DNA of 64,000 bases from Flavobacteriales bacterium. Lineage in GTDB: Bacteria > Bacteroidota > Bacteroidia > Flavobacteriales_D > Crocinitomicaceae. Every line of letters starts with the position of its first letter. Position 1 is the stretch's first letter. Location of the stretch: assembly GCA_018883325.1 (NCBI GenBank), contig VEQH01000008.1, positions 12,783 to 76,782 on the forward strand. Direction: 5' to 3'. The notes under the pieces are model-generated. The model was given only the letters and a program-made list of their open reading frames with translations. It had not been told where the DNA came from and did not search any database. A program made the position numbers and the translations under genes. Of the stretch, positions 1-9,926 are shown piece by piece.

Positions 1-181
1 TACTTCCTCCAGTATAGCCAGATTCTGCATAATCTACACCTTTTACTGTCTCAAAAATAGCTTCCACACACCAAAAACAACCTGATGCAAAATAAGCATC
101 TTTATATTTTGATTTGCCTTTCTGAGCAAATGATGAACAAGTCACTAGAAAAATTGAGAAGAATAGCGTTTGTTTTAACAT
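1..181 (-). CDS. msrA: peptide-methionine (S)-S-oxide reductase MsrA, N-terminal part; the gene runs off the left edge
   Basis: Not in the ORF track because no stop lies in the window. The reverse complement of 1..181 reads [59 protein letters not shown]. That is a signal peptide followed by the GCFWC...GYTGG MsrA signature. Confidence 0.75.
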   Translation of the reverse strand, partial: MLKQTLFFSIFLVTCSSFAQKGKSKYKDAYFASGCFWCVEAIFETVKGVDYAESGYTGGS

Positions 182-211
182 AGTTTTAAAACACGCTCAA
201 AGAGAAATTGT

Positions 212-328
212 TTAATGTTCTCTCATTTGACGTTCGATAATGATTGTGATCAATACCCCCGTAAGAACTGCGCCTCCGACGATTGCGAAGCCAACGATTC
301 CTTTGATTGCTAATATTGCTAAACACAT
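212..328 (-). CDS. possible 38-aa single-helix membrane peptide
   Basis: Manual read of the minus strand: ATG at 326-328, TAA at 212-214, giving MCLAILAIKGIVGFAIVGGAVLTGVLITIIIERQMREH. It is below the ORF-track cutoff and has no homology support. Confidence 0.2.
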   Translation of the reverse strand: MCLAILAIKGIVGFAIVGGAVLTGVLITIIIERQMREH

Positions 329-468
329 AATTGAAATATTTATAGTAAATGTAAACCCTAAATAATTGATATTCAACGCCAAATATATATTATCTGTGAA
401 ATTTCGAGCAAAACAACGTTTTCATCGAATATTAACAATAATTTGAAAATCAATTAATTATAAGAATT

Positions 469-487
469 TTTAATGATAACCATTAAA
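469..487. promoter_or_regulatory. Fur-box-like palindrome upstream of the DUF4856/imelysin operon
   Basis: TTTAATG-ATAAC-CATTAAA has perfect 7-bp inverted arms. By eye it matches 14/19 positions of the classical Fur box GATAATGATAATCATTATC. It lies about 160 bp upstream of the ATG at 645. Confidence 0.3.
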
Positions 488-644
488 GCAAATGTGGGTT
501 ATAAACAAACATTGATTTCATTAAAAAAAGAGCATAAAGCATTAATCTTAGCACTTTATTATTTAGAACCATTCTAATATACCTTTTTTGTGGTATTGTA
601 ACATCCCGAGCTGGTAACGAATTTTGTACCTAAAATAAACTAAT

Positions 645-1793
645 ATGAAAAAAACCAATATAAAAATCTTTGTTGTTGCATTTTTAGCACTAACATCAAT
701 TACAAGTTGTAAGAAAAAAGGATGTACAGATCCTGAAGCGTATAATTATTCTGAAGACGCAAAAAAAGATGATGGTTCTTGTAGTTACGATGCACCCTAC
801 ACAATTCCAACTACTTACTTATTTAACGACGCTAATGGAAACAACACCGTAAACTACAGCGGACAAACAGAACGTTTGAATCAATTGCGTGAAATGGTTG
901 TGTTAATGAAATCGGCAACAACAACTGCAATCTCAGCAGATGATTTGAAAGCAATGTTCGCAAACACAGGTGGAGACGGTAATGGAAATTTTAGTTTTTC
1001 CTCAACAAAGCAACTAAAAGATAAATGCTTTCCAGTTGACCAAACATTATTTGAAACTTGGATGGACAAATTGGCACTTGCAAGTAATTCATTCACTTCA
1101 CAAGCTACTGATGGACAAGCGGGTGTCTTAACTTCTGGAACTTCAACCTATTTATTTGATGAAAACGGAAAGGAATATTTACAACTAATTGAAAAAGGAT
1201 TAATGGGAGCAGTTTTCATGCATCAAGCTTTGAATGTGTATTTCAGTTCTTCTAAAATGGATGTCGATAACACAAGTGCTGTTGATGCTACAAATGGTTT
1301 GTATTATACAACCATGGAACATCATTTTGATGAAGCATTTGGCTATTTCGGAGTTGGTATTGATTTCCCTACAACTATTCCTGCTGATTTCTGGGGTAAA
1401 TATTGCAACAATCAAAACGCAACATTGAACTCAAATGCAGATATGATTACAAATTTCAGAAAAGGTCGTGCTGCAATTTCAAATAAATACTTGTCAGACA
1501 GAGACAAAGCAATCAAAGCGATTTCTAAAGAATGGGAAGAAATTTCAGCATTTCAAGCGAAAAAATATTTACAAGATGCTATCGGATTCTTCGGAACTGA
1601 TAATGCTAAATATTTACACGCTTTATCAGAAGCTTATGCTTTTTCGTGGAATTTACGTTACGCTCCTGAAGCAACTAGAAGATTTTCACCTGCTTCACAC
1701 ACAACATTGATGAATTTATACAAATCAAATTTCTGGGAAATGACAATTGCCGATATGAATGCAATTATCTCAGAATTAGATGCTAAATATTAA
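645..1793 (+). CDS. DUF4856-like lipoprotein (iron/metal-uptake-associated family)
   Basis: Lipoprotein signal (LALTSITSC). The sequence (TYLFNDANGNNTVNYSGQTERLNQL...) resembles the DUF4856 proteins that precede imelysin genes in Bacteroidota. The next ORF starts 18 nt downstream. Confidence 0.6.
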   Translation: MKKTNIKIFVVAFLALTSITSCKKKGCTDPEAYNYSEDAKKDDGSCSYDAPYTIPTTYLFNDANGNNTVNYSGQTERLNQLREMVVLMKSATTTAISADDLKAMFANTGGDGNGNFSFSSTKQLKDKCFPVDQTLFETWMDKLALASNSFTSQATDGQAGVLTSGTSTYLFDENGKEYLQLIEKGLMGAVFMHQALNVYFSSSKMDVDNTSAVDATNGLYYTTMEHHFDEAFGYFGVGIDFPTTIPADFWGKYCNNQNATLNSNADMITNFRKGRAAISNKYLSDRDKAIKAISKEWEEISAFQAKKYLQDAIGFFGTDNAKYLHALSEAYAFSWNLRYAPEATRRFSPASHTTLMNLYKSNFWEMTIADMNAIISELDAKY

Positions 1794-1811
1794 ATCTAAA
1801 CACTAAATAAG

Positions 1812-2870
1812 ATGAATCGTATCATTTTTGGATTTTTGGTAAGTTGCTTTTTTTTCATAACAGCTTGTGATAAAGACAACAAGAAAGATGAATTTGATAA
1901 AGCTGCATTGCTTCAAAATTTTGCAGACAACATCATTCTTCCAAGGTATGCCGATTTTAAAACCAAAATTGATAGTTTAGAAAGCTTATTCATTGCTTTT
2001 CAATCAAATCCAACGGAAGCGAAATTTGAAGACATTAAAATGCACTTGAAAGCTTGCTATTTAAGTTTTCAAGCTGTTAAAACTTTTGATTTCGGTCCAG
2101 CAATGAACACCGGATTTAAAAGCACAATTGGTAGATTTCCTTCTGATACAGTTCAAATTTCATCCAATATCAATACAGGAACGTACAATTTATCAACGGT
2201 CACAAATGCGGGTGCAATCGGTTTGTCTGCCTTGGATTACTTGTTCTTTCAAACAGACGCTTATTTGAAATTGACAACTATTGCATCTTACAACCAATAT
2301 TGCTTAGCGATTATTCAAAAAATGAAAACAGAAACAGATGCTGTTGTCAGTGCTTGGTCAACGTTTAAATCTACTTTTATTGCTTCCACAGGAAACGAAT
2401 CAACCTCAATGTTTTCGATGTTGGTCAACGATTTTTGCCAAGATTGGGAAGAAGCAAAAGCAGCTAAATTGGGTATTCCACTTGGAAAATATAGCTTAGG
2501 AATTCAACGTCCAGAATACTTGGAGGCACGATATTCAGGTTATTCTTTGGAAATATTAGAAGCAAGCTTGAAAAATATCGCTGAAATTTATTCAGGTATT
2601 GGAACAAATGGTGTTGATGGTATTGGGTTTGACGATTACTTAGTTGCCTTGAAAAAAGAAAATTTAAACTCAACTATTAAAACAAATTTTCAAGCGATTA
2701 ATAATTCCTTCTCTCAATTTAATTCCACATTTGAAACCGAATTGACACAAAACCCTACTGCTTTAGAAAACTTATTTAATACCATTTCTGAACAAGTCGT
2801 TTTCGTCAAAACAGATATGACGGCATCCTTTGGAATTTTAATTACTTATCAAGATAACGACGGTGATTGA
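1812..2870 (+). CDS. imelysin-family (peptidase M75-like) lipoprotein
   Basis: Signal plus lipobox (FFFITAC). Size and sequence character match imelysin-like proteins, and it is sandwiched between DUF4856 and HTTM genes as in other Bacteroidota loci (from memory). Confidence 0.6.
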   Translation: MNRIIFGFLVSCFFFITACDKDNKKDEFDKAALLQNFADNIILPRYADFKTKIDSLESLFIAFQSNPTEAKFEDIKMHLKACYLSFQAVKTFDFGPAMNTGFKSTIGRFPSDTVQISSNINTGTYNLSTVTNAGAIGLSALDYLFFQTDAYLKLTTIASYNQYCLAIIQKMKTETDAVVSAWSTFKSTFIASTGNESTSMFSMLVNDFCQDWEEAKAAKLGIPLGKYSLGIQRPEYLEARYSGYSLEILEASLKNIAEIYSGIGTNGVDGIGFDDYLVALKKENLNSTIKTNFQAINNSFSQFNSTFETELTQNPTALENLFNTISEQVVFVKTDMTASFGILITYQDNDGD

Positions 2871-4236
2871 TACAGCGAAAATTCGCCAATTTTTTAACCC
2901 TTTCCTAACGGTTAGCATTGCTCCATTAATTGTTTTTAGAATAATTTTTGGAGCTTTGATGATTATTGGCACTTCTCGTTTTATTTTAAATGGTTGGGTG
3001 CAAAAATTATACATTGAGCCAACATTTTTCTTTCCATTTCTCGGTTTTGAATGGGTGAAACCACTTCCTGGAAATTGGATGTTCTTGCCTTTCATTTTGC
3101 TTTTTGTGAGCGCTTTGTTTTTTATGCTTGGCTTTTTTTATCGTATTGCTTCAATCGTATTGTTTGTGAGTTTCACCTACATCGAACTGCTCGACAAAAC
3201 GAACTACCTCAACCACTATTATTTCGTGAGCTTGATTGCTTTTTTAATGCTGTTTTTACCTGCAAATCGCTATTGCTCGCTCGATTCAAGGTTGAACATT
3301 GTACAAAAACAATACTTTGTACCAAAATGGAACATCGGAATTTTAAAGTTTCAGTTAGGAATCGTTTATGTTTTTGCAGGAATTGCCAAACTCAACTCCG
3401 ATTGGTTGTTGGACGCAAATCCATTGAAAATATGGTTGCAAGCACATCATCATTTGCCTTTAGTTGGAAAATTATTGCAACAGGAATGGGTAGCTTATGC
3501 TTTCAGTTGGACAGGTTGCGTTTATGATTTGTTCATCGTATTTTTTCTATTAAACAAATTCACTCGCCCGTTTGCATATATTTTTGTGATTATTTTTCAC
3601 CTTGTTACTTGGTATTTGTTTCCAATAGGTGTTTTTCCTTGGGTTATGATTTTTTCGACGCTCATATTCTTTTCACCGAATTTCCACGTACGCTTACTTC
3701 AAATTATTACAAAGGAAAAAATGCAATCGTTTTCCGAAAAAATGCGCCTTACCTTCAATAAAAAAATCGTTTCTTCGGCTTTGATTCTATTTGTTGCTTT
3801 TCAAATTTTAGTGCCTTTTCGATACCTCGCTTATGATGGAGATTTGTTTTGGCACGAGCAAGGTTTTCGTTTTTCTTGGCGCGTTATGCTTATGCACAAA
3901 GAAGGCTATGGACGATTTTTTGTCGTGGATAGTAAAACAAAACGCGAGATGGAATTACCTCAACAGCAATTTTTAACTCCTATTCAACTCGATCAAATGT
4001 TGACTCAGCCAGATATGATTTTGCAATATGCCCAAATATTGTACAAGGAGTATAATGGTAAAACTTTTTATGTTGCTGGTTTACCATTAAAAATTAATAA
4101 ACCTGAAATTCACGCAGAAATTTACGTCACTTTGAACGGAAGACCATCTCAGTTGTTCGTTAGAAAAGGAAAGAACTTAGTTACAATAAAAAACGATTTG
4201 AAAAATAGAACTTGGTTGGAGGAATTTAAAAAATGA
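2863..4236 (+). CDS. HTTM-domain integral membrane protein (vitamin-K-dependent gamma-carboxylase-like family)
   Basis: A 457-aa multi-pass membrane protein with an N-terminal region typical of HTTM proteins (FNPFLTVSIAPLIVFRIIFGALM...GWV...). It overlaps the upstream ORF by 8 nt and the downstream ORF by 4 nt. Confidence 0.65.
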   Translation: MIDTAKIRQFFNPFLTVSIAPLIVFRIIFGALMIIGTSRFILNGWVQKLYIEPTFFFPFLGFEWVKPLPGNWMFLPFILLFVSALFFMLGFFYRIASIVLFVSFTYIELLDKTNYLNHYYFVSLIAFLMLFLPANRYCSLDSRLNIVQKQYFVPKWNIGILKFQLGIVYVFAGIAKLNSDWLLDANPLKIWLQAHHHLPLVGKLLQQEWVAYAFSWTGCVYDLFIVFFLLNKFTRPFAYIFVIIFHLVTWYLFPIGVFPWVMIFSTLIFFSPNFHVRLLQIITKEKMQSFSEKMRLTFNKKIVSSALILFVAFQILVPFRYLAYDGDLFWHEQGFRFSWRVMLMHKEGYGRFFVVDSKTKREMELPQQQFLTPIQLDQMLTQPDMILQYAQILYKEYNGKTFYVAGLPLKINKPEIHAEIYVTLNGRPSQLFVRKGKNLVTIKNDLKNRTWLEEFKK

Positions 4237-6653
4237 GAGGAGTTTTTGCTTTTTTATTGGTGATGATTTGTGGTCAATTTTGGGCGCAACGAACATTTGT
4301 TTCAGGTAAAATAACCGATGAATCACAAACAGAAATTCCGGGTGTTCGCATCAAAAATTTGACCACCAATAAAAATGCTTCATCAGACGGAAGTGGAAAT
4401 TTTGGAATTCAAGTAGAAAATGGTGACCAATTGCAATTTACATTACAGGGTTACGATACCTTAAACTTGCTTATTTCAAAAGAAGCAACAAGTGAAAAAC
4501 AGCTTAAAATTTCGATGCGTTCGCGAATTGTTGAAATCAATGAAGTTAACATCGTGCGCAAGCGAATGGAAGGTTTTGACGTGGGTTATTTACCTGCGTT
4601 AAAAGGAGTTCAAATCAACACAGGAACAAACGCTGTTATTGAATTGAGTGATTTGAGTGGCGCAAAATCAACAGCAAATCCTCGTGAAATTTTTGCAAAA
4701 GTTCCCGGACTAAATATTTGGGAAAGTGATGGCGCAGGAATTCAAGTTGGAATTGGCGGGAGAGGTTTAAGTCCAGACAGAGCTGCAAATTTCAACACGC
4801 GTCAAAACGGTTACGACATCAGTGCTGATGCTTTGGGTTACCCAGAAAGTTATTACACACCTCCAATTGAAGCGTTGAAATCCATCGAAATCATTCGAGG
4901 TTCCGCTTCTTTGCAGTTTGGTACGCAATTCGGTGGCTTGTTGAATTTTGTAATCAAAGATCCTGAAACCTCAACACCTTTTCACCTCACAAGTCGCTTG
5001 ACAGGTGGAACTTATGGTTATTTAGGTACATTTAATCGCATTTCGGGAACAAAAAATAAATTCGCTTACCAAGTTTACCACCAATTTAAACGAGGCGACG
5101 GCTACCGTCAAAACGCTGGGTTTTACCAGCATCAATTTTTTGGACAAATGGCATTTCAACTTACTGAAAAACAGCTACTAAAACTTGAATATACCCAAAT
5201 GAATTACCTCACTCAACAGCCTGGTGGTTTAACTGATTTACAATTTGAAAATGATATCCGTCAAAGTTTTAGAAACAGAAATTGGTTTGCTGTGGATTGG
5301 AAAATGTTGGCACTCCATTATGATTTTCAAGTTACAAAATCTGCGCTAATAAACGTTCGCGCTTTTGGGATGTTATCCGACCGCAAAAGTTTAGGTTTCT
5401 TAGAAAAAATTACCAAAGAAGATGTTGGCGGACCACGCACAATGATTTTAGGTGAATTTAAAAATGTCGGTGCAGAAACACGTTATTTACAACGCTATGA
5501 ATTAAACGCAAAAACAAAAGGTGCATTTCTTGTCGGTGCAAGATATTACAGAGGATTTACAACTGCTAAACAAGGCAACGCTTCAGCGGATTCAACTGCC
5601 GATTTTTCATTTTCAAACCCTTCCGATTTAGAAAATTCATCTTACCAATTTCCATCAGAAAATATTGCTGGTTTTATTGAAAACATTCTCTTCTTGAATG
5701 ACGATTGGCGATTCAATTTCGGAATGCGTTATGAATACATCACAAGTTCGTCAGAGGGATTTTACAAGCAATATGTAATTCACCCTGTAAACTTAGATAC
5801 AATTGCAACTTACCGCAATGAAAGCGAACGATTTGTGAAACGAAGTTTACCTTTATTTGGCTTTGGACTTTCAAAAAAAATCCTGAAAAACGGAACAGTT
5901 TACGCCAACGCAACTCAAAATTACAGAGCGATTAACTTCACAGATATACGCGTTACGAATCCCAATTTCATTGTCGATACGTTGATGAAAGACGAATACG
6001 GTGTTACAGTAGAATTGGGAACAAGAGGATTACTTTCCAACTTTTTAATCTATGATGTAGCCTTGTATTATTTGTATTATGGCGACAAAATTGGCTTAGC
6101 ACCAAAACTAGGAACGATTTACAAAGAGCGAACAAACATTGGCGACGCACGCAATATGGGAATTGAAATTTTCGCAGAAATAGATTTCCTCAAAATGCAC
6201 AATGAAAAAGCAAAAAATGGTCTTTCTTGGTTCGTAAACGCTGCCTACACAAATGCAATTTATATTCGCTCAAGAGAAACATCTTATGTTGGAAAACAAG
6301 TGGAATATGTAAGTCCATTTATTGTAAAATCGGGATTAAAATTCAAAACAGCTAAACTCACATTACAAGTTCAAGGCTCGTTTAATAGTGCACAATTTAC
6401 CGATGCAACCAATTCAGTTGAACCTTCAGGCGATGCTGTTATTGGACAAATTCCAGCATATTTTGTGGGCGATTTTTCAGGAAGATACGATGTGAGCGAA
6501 CTATTCAAAATTGAACTTGGAGTGAATAATTTCACCAACTCAAAATACTACACCCGTCGCGCTGTTTCTTATCCAGGTCCAGGAATTCTGCCATCGGATG
6601 GTATCAATGCCTACATTACATTGCAGTTTCAGTTGAAAGCTGGCAAAAAGTAA
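4233..6653 (+). CDS. TonB-dependent receptor with carboxypeptidase-regulatory-like N-domain
   Basis: 806 aa. After the signal peptide comes VSGKITDESQTEIPGVRIKN (CarbopepD_reg-like), then a plug region (IEIIRGSASLQFGTQFGGLLNF), then a long beta-barrel region. Confidence 0.85.
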   Translation: MRGVFAFLLVMICGQFWAQRTFVSGKITDESQTEIPGVRIKNLTTNKNASSDGSGNFGIQVENGDQLQFTLQGYDTLNLLISKEATSEKQLKISMRSRIVEINEVNIVRKRMEGFDVGYLPALKGVQINTGTNAVIELSDLSGAKSTANPREIFAKVPGLNIWESDGAGIQVGIGGRGLSPDRAANFNTRQNGYDISADALGYPESYYTPPIEALKSIEIIRGSASLQFGTQFGGLLNFVIKDPETSTPFHLTSRLTGGTYGYLGTFNRISGTKNKFAYQVYHQFKRGDGYRQNAGFYQHQFFGQMAFQLTEKQLLKLEYTQMNYLTQQPGGLTDLQFENDIRQSFRNRNWFAVDWKMLALHYDFQVTKSALINVRAFGMLSDRKSLGFLEKITKEDVGGPRTMILGEFKNVGAETRYLQRYELNAKTKGAFLVGARYYRGFTTAKQGNASADSTADFSFSNPSDLENSSYQFPSENIAGFIENILFLNDDWRFNFGMRYEYITSSSEGFYKQYVIHPVNLDTIATYRNESERFVKRSLPLFGFGLSKKILKNGTVYANATQNYRAINFTDIRVTNPNFIVDTLMKDEYGVTVELGTRGLLSNFLIYDVALYYLYYGDKIGLAPKLGTIYKERTNIGDARNMGIEIFAEIDFLKMHNEKAKNGLSWFVNAAYTNAIYIRSRETSYVGKQVEYVSPFIVKSGLKFKTAKLTLQVQGSFNSAQFTDATNSVEPSGDAVIGQIPAYFVGDFSGRYDVSELFKIELGVNNFTNSKYYTRRAVSYPGPGILPSDGINAYITLQFQLKAGKK

Positions 6654-6729
6654 AGTAAAGTAGTGTGTAAGTAACTATAGTTACATCCAATTCAAAACAA
6701 AATTCTTTCTTTTGGGAAAAATTTTCAAA

Positions 6730-8343
6730 ATGCTAAAGCAATCCATTTTCACCCTTCTACTTTTCCAAGGTTTATTTAACTTTTTATTTTCACAACAAAA
6801 CACCTTTCCTTACGAAGTAAAATTAGTTCCAAAAACTATAAATGGATTTAACGGTTTACATTCTTATGCTTTTGCTCAATCGGGCGATAAAGTTTTATTA
6901 ATTGGTGGAAGAAAAGACGGATTACACGCACGACAACCCTTCAATGCCTTTCCGCAAAATCAAAATAATACCGACATCTATATTTTAGATATCAACACCA
7001 ATCAATCTTGGACCGCAAGTATTAATGCCTTAGACGTTTCGATAAAAGAGCAATTGCAATCAACGAATATGAATTTTTATCAAGATGAAGACACTTTGTA
7101 TTTCATAGGTGGTTATGCTTTTAGTCCAACAGCAAATGACCATATCACATTCCCAAAGATGATTTCAATTCAAGTGAGTGGATTAATCAACGCAATCATT
7201 AACGACCAAGTAATTGACGGTTTTTTCAAACAAATGAGCGATGAAAATTTTGCTGTTACAGGTGGACATTTAGGGAAAATTGGAGATACATTTTATTTAG
7301 TTGGAGGACATCGTTTTGATGGTCGCTACAACCCAATGGGAAATCCAACTTATACGCAAACCTATACAAGTGCAATTCGTAAGTTTAAAATCAATAATTC
7401 AGGTGCGCAATTATCAATTTCAAATTATTCATCAATCGTGGATGAAGTGAATCTTCACCGTCGTGACTACAATTTGGTGCCGCAGGTTTTTCCAAATAAT
7501 GAACTTGGTTACACAATATCCTCAGGCGTTTTTCAAATAAATGCTGATTTACCTTTTCTGTATCCTGTTGATGTAAAAGCTTCTGGACACACACCAATAA
7601 CTTCTTTCAACCAATATTTAAGTAATTATCACTCTGCCAATGTTGGTTTATACGATGCTGACTTGGAAAAAATGTACTCTATTTTCTTTGGTGGAATTAG
7701 TCAATATTACCTTTCCAACGGACAATTGGTAAACGACCAAACAGTTCCTTTTGTGAAAACAATCAGTTTGGTTGTTCGCGATTCTAACGGTAGCTTACAA
7801 GAGTTTGTTTTTGGAACAGAAATGCCAAATTTGATCGGAACAAGTTCAGAGTTTATTCCCAATAAATCACTAGAACACCATAGCAATGACGTATTGAAAA
7901 TGGAAACATTTACAGGCGATTCAGTTCTAATTGGGTATGTTTTGGGAGGGATTTACTCCACCGACAAAAGTGCATTTACCAACAACAACACCGGAGCAAC
8001 GAGCGCCAGCGATGTCGTTTATGAAGTTTGGTTGCTGAAGGATTCTACCAACTCGATTACTACCATTGACGGCATAAATCCATTTAGTGCTAAAGTTTTC
8101 CCCAATCCAAGTGATGGCGACGTGAAAATTCAATTTCAAGTGCCAACACAAGGAAATATTGAGCTTTTCATTACTGATCAAAGTGGAAAAATCGTTTATG
8201 AACGTTATTTTGAAAAGGTCAAAGTTGGAAATAAAGCTTTTGAACTTCCTAAAAAAGCAAACCTTTCAGCAGGAACTTACTATTTCAATTTTCTTTTTGA
8301 AGAGAAGTTCAGCAGTTTTCAAAAGGTGATTGTCGTGAAATAA
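6730..8343 (+). CDS. Kelch-like beta-propeller protein with T9SS C-terminal sorting domain
   Basis: The track ORF starts at a TTG (6712). I prefer the ATG at 6730 (MLKQSIFTLLLF, a signal peptide). It has repeated GG-x-hydrophobic blades (IGGRKDG, IGGYAF, VGGHRFDG, FGGISQ, LGGIYS). The C-terminus (VFPNPSDGDVKIQF...GTYYFNF) is a typical T9SS CTD. Confidence 0.65.
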   Translation: MLKQSIFTLLLFQGLFNFLFSQQNTFPYEVKLVPKTINGFNGLHSYAFAQSGDKVLLIGGRKDGLHARQPFNAFPQNQNNTDIYILDINTNQSWTASINALDVSIKEQLQSTNMNFYQDEDTLYFIGGYAFSPTANDHITFPKMISIQVSGLINAIINDQVIDGFFKQMSDENFAVTGGHLGKIGDTFYLVGGHRFDGRYNPMGNPTYTQTYTSAIRKFKINNSGAQLSISNYSSIVDEVNLHRRDYNLVPQVFPNNELGYTISSGVFQINADLPFLYPVDVKASGHTPITSFNQYLSNYHSANVGLYDADLEKMYSIFFGGISQYYLSNGQLVNDQTVPFVKTISLVVRDSNGSLQEFVFGTEMPNLIGTSSEFIPNKSLEHHSNDVLKMETFTGDSVLIGYVLGGIYSTDKSAFTNNNTGATSASDVVYEVWLLKDSTNSITTIDGINPFSAKVFPNPSDGDVKIQFQVPTQGNIELFITDQSGKIVYERYFEKVKVGNKAFELPKKANLSAGTYYFNFLFEEKFSSFQKVIVVK

Positions 8344-8619
8344 TGACTTAAAATCTTATCAACCTCAACGTTCGATTTTAAAATCGAAATTACCGCGTTG
8401 CTACTTATAAGTTAGGTTTTGAACCTATGTTTCCGTGTTAAAAATCACTACCTTCGACAAACTGAAAATTTCGGCTTTTTTAAGCTACGTTTTTATTATT
8501 TTTATGAAAAAATAAGAACTGCAAACAACATTTGCTAAGAAAAAACGGGAAAAGCATAAGGCAGATAAAAGCTGTCTTTTTTGGTTTAGAAGGTTAAGTG
8601 CATTGACAAACAGAATAGC

Positions 8620-9066
8620 ATGATTAAGAAACTTACATTTATTATTTTTATTTCTTGCTGTTTAAATGTAACTGCACAAAATTTAACATTCAAAATTGAC
8701 AGCATTAAGGTTTATCATTTGCCGTTGACAATGAAAACTTTTTTAGCACTAACTGATTACGATGTAAGACATTGGAATCAAAAAGTAATGAATAAAGAAA
8801 TACTCAAAGTTCATACAATTAAAGATTCTCTTAAAATTTGTCACTTTTCGGAAATTACATTTATGGACACTTCAAATAATACCTCATTTCAACATTCAAT
8901 TGATGCGAGAATTGTAATTGATATTTTTATGGAGAAAGGTGTTTTGCTCTCAATTTTTATGGATGATAAAGGTTATTACATCTTAGGAAATGAAACAACT
9001 CAAAGGTCAAGAAATAAAAAATTAATTGATTGGTTAAAAAAAAATATTTCTGATTTTAAAAGTTGA
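8620..9066 (+). CDS. hypothetical secreted protein (AT-rich orphan)
   Basis: 148-aa ORF with an N-terminal signal-like segment (LTFIIFISCCLNVTAQ) and no recognisable motif. A 60-nt line counted by hand gave about 22% GC. Confidence 0.45.
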   Translation: MIKKLTFIIFISCCLNVTAQNLTFKIDSIKVYHLPLTMKTFLALTDYDVRHWNQKVMNKEILKVHTIKDSLKICHFSEITFMDTSNNTSFQHSIDARIVIDIFMEKGVLLSIFMDDKGYYILGNETTQRSRNKKLIDWLKKNISDFKS

Positions 9067-9205
9067 ACTTTTTAACATACATCTGGCCCAGGACCCGGAA
9101 TCTTGGATTGCAAAATAAATTAACTTTAAAGATCGTCTCCTTTCATAGACGTGGGAACGTTGTGCTTCTGTAAAGAAGTACTCGGTTTAAAAAATTATCG
9201 CTATA

Positions 9206-9232
9206 AAATTGTTTCCTAAAAGGGAAATTTTT
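9206..9232. promoter_or_regulatory. imperfect palindrome upstream of toxin-antitoxin module 1 (possible operator)
   Basis: AAATTGTTTCC-TAAAAG-GGAAATTT lies about 25 nt upstream of the ATG at 9253. It shares a GTTTCYTAA half-site with the clearer palindrome upstream of module 2. Confidence 0.3.
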
Positions 9233-9252
9233 AATTTTACAAAAAAGTGTAA

Positions 9253-9600
9253 ATGAAATCGAACTTTGAAGTTGAATTATTACCAGAAGTTATCGAATTT
9301 TTAGATAATCTTGACGATAAAGCGAGAGAAAAAATTTATTACAATCTTCGGAAATCACAAATTGTTAGTGACAAAGAACTTTTCAAAAAGCTTAATGATT
9401 TAATTTGGGAATTTAGGACTTTGTATAATGGAAAATCTTATCGACTATTTTCTTTTTGGGACAATACAGAAAAGGAGAGTACCTTAGTTGTGTCAACCCA
9501 TGGAATAATCAAAAAGACACAAAAAACTCCAGTAAAGGAAATTAAAAAAGCGGAGGAAATTAGACGACAATATTTTGAATATAAAACTAAAAATAAATAA
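9253..9600 (+). CDS. RelE/ParE-superfamily toxin, HigB / Gp49-like
   Basis: 115 aa. The motif pattern LFKKLNDLIWEFRTLY...YRLFSFWD...VVSTHGIIKKTQKTPVKEIKKAEEIRRQYF is typical of Gp49/HigB-like toxins. An XRE gene follows 3 nt later (toxin-first order). Confidence 0.8.
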   Translation: MKSNFEVELLPEVIEFLDNLDDKAREKIYYNLRKSQIVSDKELFKKLNDLIWEFRTLYNGKSYRLFSFWDNTEKESTLVVSTHGIIKKTQKTPVKEIKKAEEIRRQYFEYKTKNK

Positions 9601-9602
9601 CC

Positions 9603-9926
9603 ATGGAAAATAATAAATTCAAAACAGTACCGCTAAACAAAATGATTGACAAACACATTGGAAAGAGTGGGACTGAAAAAAGAGAGGCATTCGAAAATGA
9701 ATTAAGAATTGATCTTTTAGGACAAGCAATTAAACAAGCTCGACAAGAACTTAATTTGACGCAAGAGCAACTTGGAGAACTTGTAGGAGTTCAAAAAGCA
9801 CAAATTTCAAAAATAGAAAACAGTGTTAAAAATGCAAGATTTGAAACTATTATGAAAGTTTTTGAAGCTTTGGGGGCTAAAGTGAATTTTAACGTCGAAA
9901 TGAATAACAAGAAACTGGCCTACTAA
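9603..9926 (+). CDS. XRE-family HTH antitoxin (HigA-like)
   Basis: 107 aa with the HTH LTQEQLGELVGVQKAQISKIENS. It is immediately adjacent to the toxin. Confidence 0.8.
   Translation: MENNKFKTVPLNKMIDKHIGKSGTEKREAFENELRIDLLGQAIKQARQELNLTQEQLGELVGVQKAQISKIENSVKNARFETIMKVFEALGAKVNFNVEMNNKKLAY

Noticed and set aside
3051-3527. Long ORFs nested in other frames or antisense inside large genes (for example 3051..3527, 12299..12661, 12564..12938, 19896..20246, 54542..55185, 55983..56402, 58109..58492, 58641..59039).
   Set aside because: Each lies entirely within a longer ORF that has clear family motifs. Their translations are low-complexity or Cys/Phe/Asn-rich, as expected for off-frame reading of AT-rich DNA. 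None has an independent start context.
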